Virus record (IMG/VR): IMGVR_UViG_3300033076_001532
Coordinates: 1 to 24,068 of that record
Reading direction: 5' to 3' (one strand)
Length of the DNA: 24,068 nucleotides
Origin: a virus
Taxonomy: Duplodnaviria; Caudoviricetes
The notes beneath the pieces were generated by a model that was not told the origin of the DNA, searched no databases, and was given only the letters and a program-made list of their open reading frames with translations. Numbering within the stretch: the stretch's first letter is position 1; every line of letters begins with the position of its first letter. Below, in pieces: positions 1 to 8,146 of the stretch. Both the position numbers and the translations under genes were made by a program.

Positions 1-1
1 C

Positions 2-931
2 AAAGAGAAGGTGCTTGTTGTGCTGAAGGAATACACCGGTCCTGCAGATCCGGGTGATCCAACTCAACCTTCGACCTTCAAGATTGCTCGTGAGACCCTG
101 ATTACGGCTCAGCGCCTGCTTCTGGACTCAGGCAACCTTAACATGTTCCACCAGTCGATCGGTAGCTTGACGCTGCTCGACGACTATCGCCGTTGGCGCG
201 ACCGCGTGTTCCTTGATGAACTCGCCAAAGCAGAAGCCAATGGTGCTGCATCTACTTCGCAAGGTGGCTACTACTTTGCTGGTGGTAAGACCAAAGATTC
301 TTCTGGTCGCATCAGCTACACCGCTGCTGAGTATACCGCTGATGTTCAGCAGTTCCAAGTTCGTACCGACTTGCTGAACGTTGTCAAGGACCTGCGTAAG
401 CGCAACGTGCCGACCTTCTCTGATGGTCTGTATCGTTGTATTTGCGATCCCGTCTTCATGATGCACCTGCGTCGTGATCCTGACTTCCGTGAGATCGCTC
501 GTTACGCTGGTAACCCTGGCCAAGGCATGTACATGGGTAACCCCATGATGCCTAACAACGCCAGCTTCTACATGGGTCCCCAGGCTGGTCAAGGTTACTT
601 CCTGGCTGGCGAACCTGTGATGCCTACTGGCGTTCAGTTTGAAGGTGTGAAGTTCTTCGAATCGACTAACTTCCCAAGCAAGAATATTACCGCTTCCTTC
701 AACGCTGGTTCTACTTACACTTCCCAAGAAGTTGCACAAGGTTACTTCTTCGGTCCACAGTCTGTTGGCGTTGGTATCGGCGGCCCGAATGCCCAAGTGC
801 TTATCAACAACAACGACGACTTCAGCCGCTTCATCATTCTGATTTGGCAACTGTACGCTGGCTTCGAAATCCTTAACACCGATTTCATCACCACCGCGTT
901 CAGCTTCGTGTCTGATGATGGCAGCATCTGA
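2..931 (+). CDS. Major capsid protein, C-terminal part (5'-truncated by the window edge)
   Basis: The frame is open from position 2. Codon bias is strong and typical of highly expressed genes. The C-terminal pattern (GVQFEGVKFFESTNFP...FFGPQSVGV...DDFSRFIILIWQLYAGFEIL) resembles HK97-fold capsid ends. It heads a structural cluster. Confidence 0.75.
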   Translation, partial: KEKVLVVLKEYTGPADPGDPTQPSTFKIARETLITAQRLLLDSGNLNMFHQSIGSLTLLDDYRRWRDRVFLDELAKAEANGAASTSQGGYYFAGGKTKDSSGRISYTAAEYTADVQQFQVRTDLLNVVKDLRKRNVPTFSDGLYRCICDPVFMMHLRRDPDFREIARYAGNPGQGMYMGNPMMPNNASFYMGPQAGQGYFLAGEPVMPTGVQFEGVKFFESTNFPSKNITASFNAGSTYTSQEVAQGYFFGPQSVGVGIGGPNAQVLINNNDDFSRFIILIWQLYAGFEILNTDFITTAFSFVSDDGSI

Positions 932-959
932 TAACAACAAACATATCTGGAATAGATAG

Positions 960-1772
960 ATGACTTATTTAACGGCTAAAAAGATTTATCCAGGTAACTG
1001 GAATAATGCTCTTAACGGTTGGTATCGCAATATCAATCCCAACGCCGCTGGTACTGATACCGGTTCCAACGCAGGCCCTACTTCGGTGCTTGCTACCCCT
1101 GGTTACCGTTATTTCCAACAGCGTGGTTATGTGCCCGTTGCGGGCATTTCTGGTGGCACCGGCTCTCTTGCCGTCACCTCTAATGCTGATGTGATCGTTC
1201 CTTCGCCTTACCGCCAAGACGATACTCGTCCCAACATCACAGGCATGGTGATCTCTGGTGACTCCACCTTACCTGCGTACGTGTATCGCACTGCGATTTC
1301 CGTTGCTTCTGGTTGGGATGGCACTGTTGCTTCCGGTGTGTATGCCGCAACTGGCAACGTGATTTCGTTCGGTCGCAGCAATGGTGGTAACCCCACCGCT
1401 GCTTCCGGCGTTGGTGAAGGCGTGGCACAAGCCAACCTCACCTCTACCGTCTCTGGTACCCAAGCTGGCGAGATTTATTTTGCCGGCGGTACTGCTGGTT
1501 ACGGCACCAATCCTTTCATTCTGAGCTCCGGCGTTCTTGGTCCTCTTCCCGGTAATGCTTATTACTCGGTGACTAGCTCGACCACTTTCAAAGTGTTCGC
1601 TAAGGAAACCGCTAATAGCACCACGACTTCCGGTGGTTTCTACATTTCTGCCGCTGATAGCGCAGCCAGCCGTACTGGTTATCTGGTTGTGGAAGTTTGC
1701 TACATCCAACCTGATGTTGCTCCTGGTTACGAAGATATCGACATGTACCTCACTGGTCGTGTTGTTAGCTGA
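960..1772 (+). CDS. Virion structural protein (capsid decoration or minor capsid candidate), 270 aa
   Basis: G/S/T/A-rich, beta-like composition, with the same codon bias as the capsid gene and directly downstream of it. Confidence 0.55.
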   Translation: MTYLTAKKIYPGNWNNALNGWYRNINPNAAGTDTGSNAGPTSVLATPGYRYFQQRGYVPVAGISGGTGSLAVTSNADVIVPSPYRQDDTRPNITGMVISGDSTLPAYVYRTAISVASGWDGTVASGVYAATGNVISFGRSNGGNPTAASGVGEGVAQANLTSTVSGTQAGEIYFAGGTAGYGTNPFILSSGVLGPLPGNAYYSVTSSTTFKVFAKETANSTTTSGGFYISAADSAASRTGYLVVEVCYIQPDVAPGYEDIDMYLTGRVVS

Positions 1773-1778
1773 TTAGGT

Positions 1779-1808
1779 TAAACTAAGACCAGTGAACAAC
1801 TGGTCTTA
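1779..1808 (+). promoter_or_regulatory. -10-like TAAACT (1779-1784) overlapping a perfect 10-bp hairpin that includes the A of ATG 1808
   Basis: TAAGACCAGT (1784-1793), loop GAACA, ACTGGTCTTA (1799-1808). Confidence 0.7.
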
Positions 1809-2239
1809 TGTCTACGCCAACTGCAGATATGCTTTATCAGCATAAAAAAACAGGTGCACGTGTCGAGATTGTAAGCGAATGGGATAACGGCGATTGGTTC
1901 ATGGTCAAAGACCAAGACGGTCGCCTTTATACCGCATACAAAACTGAACTCACACCTGATGAAGCGGCGACGAAGAAAGTAAAAACTCTTCGCGTTAAAG
2001 ATAAAGCATCGCAGGAAGAGCCGCGTACTTTCCCCCCGGACACACGCCTTAACATCAATGGCGCTACCCCACAAATGATCGCTGATCATATTAAAGGTAT
2101 CGGATTGAAGACAGCTCGAGAAATTAAAGATCTTCAAATGTCCTTATCGGGTGAAAGGTTTAACAATCTTGAACAGTTAAAGCAAATTAAACGGGTTGAT
2201 TGGGATGCGGTTTTAGCAGCTGATTTGATTCGAGTTTGA
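1808..2239 (+). CDS. Helix-hairpin-helix (ComEA-like) DNA-binding protein with a small N-terminal beta domain, 143 aa
   Basis: RLNINGATPQMIADHIKGIGLKTAREI...RFNNLEQLKQIKRV follows the ComEA HhH pattern (ININTA...LPGIGxxxAxxI...FxSxEDLxxV). Confidence 0.75.
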   Translation: MSTPTADMLYQHKKTGARVEIVSEWDNGDWFMVKDQDGRLYTAYKTELTPDEAATKKVKTLRVKDKASQEEPRTFPPDTRLNINGATPQMIADHIKGIGLKTAREIKDLQMSLSGERFNNLEQLKQIKRVDWDAVLAADLIRV

Positions 2240-2255
2240 TACTTATCTCCTACTG

Positions 2256-2281
2256 AACCCCTGGGAAACCAGGGGTTTTTT
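2256..2281 (+). terminator. Intrinsic terminator closing the capsid transcription unit
   Basis: AACCCCTGG-GAAA-CCAGGGGTT: a GC-rich stem with a GNRA tetraloop that runs into a T6 tract. Confidence 0.9.
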
Positions 2282-2307
2282 GCACGTAAAATAAGAAATA
2301 AAACAAC

Positions 2308-3042
2308 ATGGCATATCCTGTATTTCGATCTGGTTACACAGGCCCCAGTGGGAAAATTGGTGGAAGTACGGAGTATCACATTGATTTAAAGATGCTGCAA
2401 TCTTTACCGATTGCCGAGCGTGTTAAAGCAATGGACGCAGTAGCAAATCAATATGAATCGATAGGTCGGAATATTGAATTTTCAAATCCTGCAGTATCAG
2501 GCCGACGGTGGGATACTGCTGCAGATCTGGCTGCAAAAGTTGATTTATTAGAACGTGCTTCTGGAGCACATAGTCACAGTACACATCCTGGCTGGGACTC
2601 TTTTGATTTCTATGTACCCTTCAAAGGAAAAAGTAGATTTGATAAGGGAGCTGTAGAAGACGCTTCTATTTATCTCCCTGGAGTAGCAGGAGGCAAGATT
2701 CGTCGCGGTAGTGGAGGAGGGTATGGTTACTTTTCCGAGGCTTTAGATCCTAGTGGTAAGGTTGTTTTTCGTGTTGGTCATGGTAATGTTGATCGACCTG
2801 AAGCCGAAACAGAACTAGCTGTTACATCAGGGCAACCAGGAAATACTCCTACCTCTAGTAATGCAGATACAACTGAATCACGGCAAGATTTCCTAAAGCG
2901 TTACATGCAAGATCAATTGCAAACAACAATGATGCAGCAATTACTTAATCCACCGCAACAGACAAATCATCGAGAAGTTATGGAACAAATGATGAAATCA
3001 ATGGGAGGGCTTGGCATCATGCAAAATCCAATGAGCGTATAA
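2308..3042 (+). CDS. Putative virion-associated peptidoglycan peptidase, M23/LytM-like and apparently permuted, 244 aa
   Basis: M23-like segments GYTGPSG...STEYHID, HPGWDSFD and GGYGYFSEALDPSGKVVFRVGH, followed by an S/T linker and a Q/M-rich tail. Confidence 0.45.
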   Translation: MAYPVFRSGYTGPSGKIGGSTEYHIDLKMLQSLPIAERVKAMDAVANQYESIGRNIEFSNPAVSGRRWDTAADLAAKVDLLERASGAHSHSTHPGWDSFDFYVPFKGKSRFDKGAVEDASIYLPGVAGGKIRRGSGGGYGYFSEALDPSGKVVFRVGHGNVDRPEAETELAVTSGQPGNTPTSSNADTTESRQDFLKRYMQDQLQTTMMQQLLNPPQQTNHREVMEQMMKSMGGLGIMQNPMSV

Positions 3043-3065
3043 TATAAAACATACGGAACTAAGCT

Positions 3066-3527
3066 GTGCATCTCAGCGACTTCGATAAAAGTAGAGTCCG
3101 ATACCACCTCGGCTACTTCACGGTCACCGTACCGGCGGGCGATTATGCACGTCTGGAGGAAGCTATGAATACCATCCCGGATTCATACTTCTACGACAAA
3201 GTTATTATTCAACTTGGTCGTTGTGATACTGCCGAGAAGAAAACCGAAGTGGCAACTTCACCTTCTACTCGTATTGAAAATATTGCTGGTGACGTTGATC
3301 GTACAATTCGCTCCAGTAATGCCAGGGAATCGTTAAAAGTTTGGGATGAGATTTATCTCTACGAGACTAATCGATTAGCACAGATTCTTTACGTTCCAAA
3401 CTATAAAGATCCTTTCCAGGCTCGTTATCGTTACGAGCGTTCTGGTGGTGAGTTTATTCAGGCTTTACCTGGTCCAGCCGACACTGCTGTTGGTTCTCGC
3501 ATTTATTTACATGAGGTTTGGAGGTAG
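3066..3527 (+). CDS. Conserved-looking structural protein (head-tail adaptor candidate), GTG start, 153 aa
   Basis: ORF with native codon usage and TATAAT at 3038-3043. Function is inferred from size and position only. Confidence 0.45.
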   Translation: MHLSDFDKSRVRYHLGYFTVTVPAGDYARLEEAMNTIPDSYFYDKVIIQLGRCDTAEKKTEVATSPSTRIENIAGDVDRTIRSSNARESLKVWDEIYLYETNRLAQILYVPNYKDPFQARYRYERSGGEFIQALPGPADTAVGSRIYLHEVWR

Positions 3528-3529
3528 TT

Positions 3530-4462
3530 ATGGCTTGGTTTGATTTTCTTAATCAAGCAAACCCGCGTGGAAGAGATGCTGGTAGCATTGCTCGGCAGCG
3601 TTTATCCGGACGTAGCGCAATTCCTGCTGCAAAACCCACTACTGCAAAACCTACGTTACCTCGCGGAGCTGGTTTGGGAACAAGTTTTGCTTTGGGTTCT
3701 TTACTAGGTGATTACGTTGCTGCTCCTATTGCTGTAGGCATTGGAGATTATTTGCGTAGTGATCAAGGACAGCTTTTTAAAGACAGGTTAAGGCAAGGTG
3801 ATATTGGAGGAGCTTTTACCGCAGTAACTGGGTTTGGCCGCAGCAATGCTCCTGTTTTAAATCAATATAATCCTCCCGGTTTTATCCCTGGTTCTCAAAT
3901 TACTTCAAGCGATATTTTAAAATCCGCAACTGAAGTTGCAAGACAACGCCCACAAGAACGCATTGATCAGCGCACACCATTTACGCGTCCCCCCGGAACA
4001 AGTTCTTTCACACCGTTAGATCCGTACGCTGCACAAAACAGAGAGTACGAACGGGAGCGTGCTAGGGTTGAGGCAATGGTGAAAGCCAACCCAGACATGC
4101 AAAAGCAAGCGATTGCTGATGAACGTGCTAAGGTACGTGACCAAGGCATGGCAATTTGGGCCACAGCAAATCCTACTCTTGCAAAACAAGTAAAACCAGG
4201 CGCTGTTGGTTACGATGCTATTCAACGCGGTATTGGCATTCAATCAATTCCATCAATTGAGAACCGTGCCGAGTTTAGTTGGAACCAGGCTACTCAAGGC
4301 CCTACACCTGCCGTACCAATGGCAGACGCCATGCTGAACCCCGCATCTCCTAGCTTTATTGGTGGAGAAGGGCCGCCGCCTGTAAACTTTGCTGATCCAC
4401 GTTTTGAAAACATGAGTCCAGAAGAATTTCAAAAGCTTCTGAACCAGTACACTAAACGTTAA
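3530..4462 (+). CDS. Hypothetical internal virion (ejection-type) protein, about 310 aa
   Basis: Start moved to ATG 3530, which follows a GGAGGT SD. The protein is A/P/Q/G-rich with one hydrophobic Gly-rich stretch. Confidence 0.5.
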   Translation: MAWFDFLNQANPRGRDAGSIARQRLSGRSAIPAAKPTTAKPTLPRGAGLGTSFALGSLLGDYVAAPIAVGIGDYLRSDQGQLFKDRLRQGDIGGAFTAVTGFGRSNAPVLNQYNPPGFIPGSQITSSDILKSATEVARQRPQERIDQRTPFTRPPGTSSFTPLDPYAAQNREYERERARVEAMVKANPDMQKQAIADERAKVRDQGMAIWATANPTLAKQVKPGAVGYDAIQRGIGIQSIPSIENRAEFSWNQATQGPTPAVPMADAMLNPASPSFIGGEGPPPVNFADPRFENMSPEEFQKLLNQYTKR

Positions 4463-4467
4463 TTCTT

Positions 4468-4542
4468 GGCATTGCTCAGCATGTAAGCCCAACCTACTGG
4501 ATACGAATCTTTTGATTCACGGAGGCCAGTGTTGTTGCTTTT
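4468..4542 (+). ncRNA. Candidate structured RNA or long leader (family not recognised)
   Basis: Nested stems CAAC..ACTGG (4490-4500)/CCAGTGTTG (4526-4534) enclose GAATC-TTTT-GATTC (4505-4518). A T-run follows at 4539-4542. Confidence 0.35.
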
Positions 4543-4548
4543 AAACCA

Positions 4549-4665
4549 ATGATTCTCTGCCCTAATTTTGTTAAACGCTTAGCCACGAAAATCAGTCTTG
4601 TTACCGCATTACAAGCTGTATTTATCCCTGGTCTTAAAGCAAATTCAAATTGGGTAGGAGAATAA
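4549..4665 (+). CDS. Unannotated 38-aa small protein MILCPNFVKRLATKISLVTALQAVFIPGLKANSNWVGE
   Basis: Translated by hand. It fills an otherwise empty gap, has a basic N-terminus followed by a hydrophobic stretch, and stops just before the AGGAGGT SD of the next gene. Confidence 0.55.
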   Translation: MILCPNFVKRLATKISLVTALQAVFIPGLKANSNWVGE

Positions 4666-4678
4666 TTTAGGAGGTAAT

Positions 4679-5398
4679 ATGCCACCAAAAACGGTACAGC
4701 AATTATTTAACTTAAAGCCGGAAGAAGTTAACGCGCTTACGGTTCTTTCTGGATTAGAAGGATATCGTGGCGGCCGTGGTGAGGATGCAGCAGCAGTTGC
4801 TGCCAACGTACTTGCTCGGCGTTTAGCTGGTAACTGGGGTGGTGTTGACATTAGAAACATTGCTAAATCACCTGGTCAGTACGAGGCTGTTTTTGATTAT
4901 TCAATGCAGCAGCTCGCTGATCCAGCTTTTGGTGCTCAAAAATTAGGCGGCGAAGCTGAATACAATCGTATTCGCAATATTATTAACGACCCATCTTTGG
5001 TTGGTGAACAGTTTAGAAAATCCCAAGGTGCCCAGTCTTTTAGAGGTGTATCTGCATACGGACGCAAAAAACAAGGGGACTACATGCCAATCCCTGGTAA
5101 AAGTAATTATTACTTTGATCCGTTAAACCCTACTCTGTTTAACAAAGGCCTTGGTATTTTTGGAGCAGCTAATCAAACTAATGCAACCAATCCAAGCACA
5201 AGCCAACCACAACCAACAAGTGTAGCGTCTTCGTACGGCCCTACAGTTGAAGAAGCGATGGGCATTAAGTTGATGCAACAAGCGATGCAAGGAGCTCCTC
5301 AACCAAAGAATGCAGCACAACGCTTTGCTGATTTCTTAGGAGGTATTGGTAATAACTTAGGTGTTATTCCCAATCCGCTATCTACACCTGGTTATTGA
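4679..5398 (+). CDS. Cell-wall hydrolase, SleB/Hydrolase_2-like, probably virion-associated, 239 aa
   Basis: ALTVLSGLEGYRG..EDAAAVAANVLARR...IRNIAKSPGQYEAV parallels the SleB pattern (EARGE..GQxAVAxVxxNR...IxxVxxxPGQFxxV). It has a strong SD. Confidence 0.65.
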   Translation: MPPKTVQQLFNLKPEEVNALTVLSGLEGYRGGRGEDAAAVAANVLARRLAGNWGGVDIRNIAKSPGQYEAVFDYSMQQLADPAFGAQKLGGEAEYNRIRNIINDPSLVGEQFRKSQGAQSFRGVSAYGRKKQGDYMPIPGKSNYYFDPLNPTLFNKGLGIFGAANQTNATNPSTSQPQPTSVASSYGPTVEEAMGIKLMQQAMQGAPQPKNAAQRFADFLGGIGNNLGVIPNPLSTPGY

Positions 5399-5436
5399 AA
5401 CTCAGGTATAATGGTGGATATTAGTGCGTTAGAACC

Positions 5437-6225
5437 TTGGCTTCGACAAATACAAATAAGCAGCCCCTGTTAGTTGACAGGCCTCTTTTTGATTCAGTGC
5501 GAGTCACGACTCAAACTGTTGGAAGCGCGTCCACCAACACACTTTTTGTGCAAGGTGGACAAGCTCCGTCGATTCTTGTCGACATGGATGCCGCACTCCA
5601 AGAAGATAACAATAGTGGTGGCGTTGTTGATTCCATCACTATTGTGAGGAACGATTATTACCGCAATCCTGATTACACCTTAGAAACAGCGACTACCGGT
5701 ACTCGAGTTCGCTTAGTCAGTGGGCAGTCTGTTTACATTACGGCTACTGGGCTTAACACGCCTGCAGCAGAAAGTGGTCTTGGTTATTACACGTACACAG
5801 GCGCCACTGCGATTACCGGCACTCTGGGAACAATTCGTTATTCCGGTGTTGCAACCCCTGATGCAAGCGGTTTTTCTTACGCAGGAACTGTTGGCCCTTA
5901 TCAGCCAGAAGTAACTTTTGTCCTGTACCACACCCGTGGTACTACCCAACCAATTCCAGCGAGCGGTGATTACAAAGTTGTGTTTGCCAAGCGTGTTCCT
6001 GCCAATACGCAGCAGGTTGATTGCTCTGATGTGATGCCCCAACTTGCGGCCCCCAACCCAACCGCAGGTAACGCCTCTGGCCTTGCTGCTGGTGCCCCGC
6101 TACGCAACCGTGGCATCTACCTGGAACGTGGCGACCGTCTTTACGTTGGCGTCTTCCCAGACGGTCCTAATGCGTCTGGATACATCCCAGGTGCACATGT
6201 ATATGCCGAAGGTGGTTTCTTCTAA
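5437..6225 (+). CDS. Virion structural protein (tail or baseplate candidate), TTG start, 262 aa
   Basis: T/G/S-rich beta-like ORF with TATAAT at 5407-5412. Confidence 0.5.
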   Translation: MASTNTNKQPLLVDRPLFDSVRVTTQTVGSASTNTLFVQGGQAPSILVDMDAALQEDNNSGGVVDSITIVRNDYYRNPDYTLETATTGTRVRLVSGQSVYITATGLNTPAAESGLGYYTYTGATAITGTLGTIRYSGVATPDASGFSYAGTVGPYQPEVTFVLYHTRGTTQPIPASGDYKVVFAKRVPANTQQVDCSDVMPQLAAPNPTAGNASGLAAGAPLRNRGIYLERGDRLYVGVFPDGPNASGYIPGAHVYAEGGFF

Positions 6226-6227
6226 GT

Positions 6228-7772
6228 ATGTCAAAAAGAGGCAGCTCTTTTAACCCAAAAGGTACTGGTTCTTTTGGTGATTTTGGCAAGATAAAAGAAC
6301 AGATAAATCCCAAAGAAGTAAAGCCAATTCAAGGGGAGTTTTCCAAAGGATCACTCCCTGGTTCTATTTGGACCATTGACCGAGAATCGGCATGGTCGCG
6401 TTGGCGTAGAGGATACGAGATCTATTCAAATGGACAATATTTTACATATGAGTTTGAGTACAACATCCCAGACGTTACATTTGCACCTAGCCCTCCGGTT
6501 GTGATTCAAGGAGCCTTCATAGGCTTTCCAACAAAGAGTCGAGAGCTTGGTATGCACTGGTGTTTATGGCGTTATGCAGGAGCAATTAGAACTGACTTAT
6601 ATACAGATCCAATTACAACTAACAACCTATCTGTGGAATCAGTAACAGAAGATAAAAACTATTGGTACGTAAAATTAACAGGCAATTGGAGCCCAGCAAA
6701 CCCACTTCCTCCACCATTCTTTTTCCCTGGCGGACAAAAACCTTTAATATCAGAAGTCTTTGAAGATCGCATTGTTTCTTCAGGCGGTGAATTAATTGAG
6801 ATTGATACGATCAATCCAAATACACAAACACGATATGGCTATGTAAGCGCCGTGTTACTTACCATTGATGAGACAACTGGCATCCTTAAATTTAGAAAGT
6901 CGGGCTCCGTACAAGCAACCTCAGATGAAGAATTTGTAACACCATCTCCCATTGGGTTTACACCAGGACGCTACCTAAACTCTGGCGCACGGTATAGCTG
7001 TACTTGTCAAGATTTTACACGCCGTGATTACTTTTATGTGTCTTCTGAAAACCCCCGTAAGTTATTTCCAAGAACCAATATTGCCACTGTAAAACCAGGG
7101 CGTTTTGAACTTACTAAACGTGATGGGATTTTAAATACTGCCGCGCAGGTTGAACCGTCTATCAATCTTACTCTAGAAATTACAGCGCCACCTTCATTTG
7201 ATTTGACAAACCAGGTCAGCACCGATCGGGTCATCAGTCGTGATGCAACACGAGATAGCCCAGGCTTGTATGCAGATTTTGGAGGCACATACACACGTAA
7301 CCCTAATAATCTTGGAACACAAGGTTCATCAGCAGATGGTATGCCAACCTTTGCGGATTATACCTCTGTTACAGAAACTCTTGACAGCAATTCAATTCCA
7401 CAAAGTACGATCATCACTTTGGAAGATAGGTGGTCACCTGTACTTGATGAGCTGCGTTACTGCAAACACATCTATTCTCTTAAGTTTGCAGATCGTGTTT
7501 TTCCCCCGGAACCATCTGATTTCCCAACGGATATACCAAGTATGGCCGAGTGGGAAGCAGAGTTGGTAGCCAAAACAGACAGTGAATTAGAGTCTATTAA
7601 AAAAGATAGACTTGCTAGAGAGTCACTGTCAAGAATGGATGTTCCTCCGTATAACTGCCAATCTTTATCTGTGTATCCCATGTTGCAGCGTTTATTTAAC
7701 TTTGCTACAGATCGGATTGAAATACAAAACTTCACAATGATTGATCAATATGGGAATCGATCTCAACCGTAA
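6228..7772 (+). CDS. 514-aa protein with a split SWIM-type Zn-finger motif
   Basis: YSCTCQDF (Cys codons at 6999 and 7005) and RYCKHIYSL (Cys codon at 7461). Confidence 0.55.
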   Translation: MSKRGSSFNPKGTGSFGDFGKIKEQINPKEVKPIQGEFSKGSLPGSIWTIDRESAWSRWRRGYEIYSNGQYFTYEFEYNIPDVTFAPSPPVVIQGAFIGFPTKSRELGMHWCLWRYAGAIRTDLYTDPITTNNLSVESVTEDKNYWYVKLTGNWSPANPLPPPFFFPGGQKPLISEVFEDRIVSSGGELIEIDTINPNTQTRYGYVSAVLLTIDETTGILKFRKSGSVQATSDEEFVTPSPIGFTPGRYLNSGARYSCTCQDFTRRDYFYVSSENPRKLFPRTNIATVKPGRFELTKRDGILNTAAQVEPSINLTLEITAPPSFDLTNQVSTDRVISRDATRDSPGLYADFGGTYTRNPNNLGTQGSSADGMPTFADYTSVTETLDSNSIPQSTIITLEDRWSPVLDELRYCKHIYSLKFADRVFPPEPSDFPTDIPSMAEWEAELVAKTDSELESIKKDRLARESLSRMDVPPYNCQSLSVYPMLQRLFNFATDRIEIQNFTMIDQYGNRSQP

Positions 7773-7807
7773 GGGGAGCTTAGAATAAGTTAACGGCCAT
7801 TGACAGC

Positions 7808-8146
7808 ATGTTTTGCAACGAGCACGAGCCCCTCGCCCTGCTAGTTGAACTAACTCCAAAGCTTGCCAAGAAACGTTTTAGACAAAGCATATATGAAGCC
7901 TGGGACTACAAATGTGGATATTGTGGTGACTCGGCGTCAAGCCTTGATCATATTGTTCCAAGGTTTAAGTCGGGCTCTTCTAACCGACATAATTTAATTC
8001 CTTGTTGCAGACGTTGCAACGCAAATAAAGGATCAGAAGACATGAAAAAATGGTACGAAAAACAATCTTTTTTTTCTTCTTCTTCTCTTGCTAGGATTGA
8101 AAACTGGATTCAGCAACAAGCTGTTTTTATTTTTGGTGAATGCTAA
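7808..8146 (+). CDS. HNH endonuclease (McrA/HNH_5-like), 112 aa
   Basis: CGYCG...SLDHIVPRFKSG...NLIPCCRRCNANKG. Confidence 0.9.
   Translation: MFCNEHEPLALLVELTPKLAKKRFRQSIYEAWDYKCGYCGDSASSLDHIVPRFKSGSSNRHNLIPCCRRCNANKGSEDMKKWYEKQSFFSSSSLARIENWIQQQAVFIFGEC

Noticed and set aside
128-1709. Long minus-strand ORFs (128-940, 1269-1709 and others) opposite the capsid genes
   Set aside because: Antisense shadows of strongly codon-biased genes, with no motifs or expression signals.
1808-2239. PsbU (photosystem II) call for the HhH protein
   Set aside because: There is no signal peptide, and the KGIG HhH motif fits ComEA-type DNA binders better.
4468-4542. Twister, hammerhead or HDV ribozyme, or glutamine riboswitch
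   Set aside because: Only fragmentary resemblance (AAGCCC, ACGGAGG). I could not build the required cores, so it is left as an unassigned structure.
4549-4700. Frameshift or read-through fusing the 38-aa peptide to the SleB-like gene as a signal peptide
   Set aside because: The frames differ, no slippery site is evident, and the downstream gene has its own strong AGGAGGT SD.
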